Shown piece by piece: positions 62,166 to 64,000 of a DNA stretch of 64,000 nt (positions are counted from its first letter, which is position 1; each line of letters starts with the position of its first letter). This stretch comes from Curvularia clavata (taxonomy: Eukaryota), in assembly GCA_023920165.1 (NCBI GenBank), contig CP089277.1, positions 2,604,001-2,668,000 on the forward strand, written 5' to 3'. The notes beneath the pieces are model-generated. The model saw only the letters and a program-made list of their open reading frames with translations. It did not search any database and was not told the DNA's origin. Made by a program: the position numbers and the translations under genes.

Positions 62166-62717
62166 TTATCCCTTGAACCCCACAGCCTCCAGATTCGTCT
62201 CCCCCACCTCCTTCCCCTTCGCAGCCGTGATCAATCCATCCAGCCAATCCTGATGCCCCAACAACATAGGATTCGGCTTTCGAGCCTCCCATTCCTTAAA
62301 AATGCCTCCAATCTGACTCTCTTGCGTCAAAATACGCACACGCTGGCCCTCGAGATCCTCCACCACCCACGCATGATACACCTCCAGGCCCTCTGGCGTC
62401 TTGGAACTCCACGCCAGGCGGCCCGCCCGCCCATTGCTCTCTGGCGCCAGCGACTCTTCCACCGTGCACGTCAGCGGCGGGAACCCAAAAGTCGAAAATT
62501 TAAACACGTCGCCTTTGTGTAGAAAGCCGTTGCCCGTCTCTGGAGGGGTAATTTGTCCGCAGTTTTTGTAGTACGATTCCCATTTGGTGATGTTGGCGAG
62601 GAGCGCCCAGATTTGTGTAGAGGTTATGTCTTTGGCGATGCGCTCGTTGGATACAAAGTTGTCGGTCGTGCCGGGGAGGAAGTGCGAGGGCCAGATGATG
62701 GAGGACTGTGAGGACAT
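62166..62717 (-). CDS. SRPBCC/START-like (polyketide cyclase/dehydrase-type) protein, intronless
   Basis: AAAAATG start. IIWP..FLPGTTDNFVSNE, WESYY, F.F.TFGF, RLAW, HAW.VEDL...VRILTQESQIG and PNPM..GHQ.WLDGL. Confidence 0.8.
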   Translation of the reverse strand: MSSQSSIIWPSHFLPGTTDNFVSNERIAKDITSTQIWALLANITKWESYYKNCGQITPPETGNGFLHKGDVFKFSTFGFPPLTCTVEESLAPESNGRAGRLAWSSKTPEGLEVYHAWVVEDLEGQRVRILTQESQIGGIFKEWEARKPNPMLLGHQDWLDGLITAAKGKEVGETNLEAVGFKG

Positions 62718-63616
62718 TTTTTTGCTTTTGGTGTATGTATATGCAAATTGCTAGTCAAATGAAAATCGCGTCAATGTTTAGGGGGCAATGGCAGCTTTGG
62801 ACTTGTTGTGTTGTTAGGTGGATGTCGCTGGAATATTAACTAAATGTGATTGACGTTCGTAGCATGCTTATAAAGCATCGTTTCCGGAAGAGAGGAGGCC
62901 GTTATGTACTACTTGCAGATCCTAGTAGCCCACCTCATGTTAGTATAGGCGGCGTCCATTTCAATTGCGTACACTGGCAAACATTGATTGGCGCTGGCGC
63001 AAAACAGACAGGGATCGGGGTCTAAACGTCATCGCAAAAGAAAAGATCCAGGCTAGCCAAAGACGACAACTATATGACGACGCGCAAACATGAGTAGAGT
63101 AGCACTGCAGTAATGTCATCGATAACCTTCACGCGGATTTCACAAATGCAAGTTGAAGACAGTGTAGAGTTTCCAATATATTATTACATGAATGCTCTAG
63201 CCTCGTCCCATATCCGCATTCACGAGGTCACATCGAATCGTATTGATCAAAGTCCATACTCGCGTCCAGACGCCCGTTATGGCAAGAGGAGATGAACGAA
63301 GGTCCAAGGAAAACCCCTCATGCAGACCTGGAAACAAATGTCGCATGTAACATACGCATGGACTGAAAAGAAAAAAAAGAAATTGGGAGTACACTGCCTC
63401 CCGGAAAAAGCGACCTTGTGCTCCACTCGAAGCGTTGTGGTACAAGATGCCGCAGGGTTTACTGGTTTTCAAAGAAAAGGAGGCGCCGAATCATGTGCTG
63501 GCTATCAGAACAGTTGTGTATGTGCTCTCAAGTTGATGCCATTGAGTGGGTAGTAGGACATGCCAACAAATACTTCGCAAATGAAGCATCCAGATAGAAA
63601 CATCAACAAGACACTT

Positions 63617-64000
63617 CTAGGCTGCTGCAAGCTTTGCCCAGGTCGTCGGCTGCTGAGTTGACGGTGCGCGAGTGTTGGTGTTGTTCGCCCATGACTTTGC
63701 CCCAGATGGATGAGGGGTGTTGCTGCTGGTGTATGGGCGATCAGCCTGACTCTGTTGCGATGCCTTGCGTGGACGATCCTTGGCACCGTTGGGAAAAGCT
63801 GCATTTGAGGCACCAGTGGGCTTGAGTTTGGCCTGTCGGGTCAACTTTGGGCCGTAGTGCTTCTTCTGAACAGACTTCGTCACGGTCTCTTTCATGTTTG
63901 GAAGACGTATGGCCACGTCGAACTTGCCCTTGTGCTGGGACGTCTTCTCGATGTCGAAAGCTTCAAGTCGGCGCATCGTGAACGGGTTCTCGTACTTTCT
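63617..64000 (-). CDS. 3' end of a hypothetical protein truncated by the window edge
   Basis: The frame is open from 64000 (RKYENPFTMRRLEAF...) to the stop at 63617 and ends in TWAKLAAA. Confidence 0.55.
   Translation of the reverse strand, partial: RKYENPFTMRRLEAFDIEKTSQHKGKFDVAIRLPNMKETVTKSVQKKHYGPKLTRQAKLKPTGASNAAFPNGAKDRPRKASQQSQADRPYTSSNTPHPSGAKSWANNTNTRAPSTQQPTTWAKLAAA

Noticed and set aside
1..64000. Secondary-metabolite cluster, Starship/transposon, NLR/HET or CRISPR system
   Set aside because: No PKS, NRPS, tyrosine recombinase, transposase, NACHT/HET motifs or repeat-spacer arrays were recognised.

Overview
Eukaryotic, intron-containing DNA from a filamentous ascomycete. Gene style, short 45-90 nt introns with CT[A/G]AC branch points and gene content suggest a Dothideomycete/Pleosporales-type plant-associated fungus (inference). 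I can support about 27 protein-coding genes, with exon boundaries read by hand, plus one intron-containing tRNA-Gln(UUG). Housekeeping genes: OTU2-like deubiquitinase, PEX12, GCP4, PQ-loop protein. Secreted or cell-wall enzymes: CE5 esterase, PL4 rhamnogalacturonan lyase, M28 aminopeptidase. Transporters: 3 MFS, ABC-B, MATE, amino-acid permease. No transposon, CRISPR, rRNA or secondary-metabolite backbone gene was recognised. I cannot demonstrate a new biological system. The best leads are: (i) three diverged F-box-like paralogues at 21-32 kb, each with a phase-1 intron in the F-box-like motif (identical position in two), two of them inside an orphan-rich 27-33.8 kb segment; (ii) a signal-peptide-less GH16 with a prion-like P/Q/G/Y N-terminus; (iii) a small 11-mer-periodic amphipathic membrane protein; (iv) a probably GPI-anchored CE5; (v) a GC-AG, in-frame, stop-free intron; (vi) an intronless bacterial-like SRPBCC gene; (vii) a methyltransferase plus four-transporter block with no biosynthetic core.
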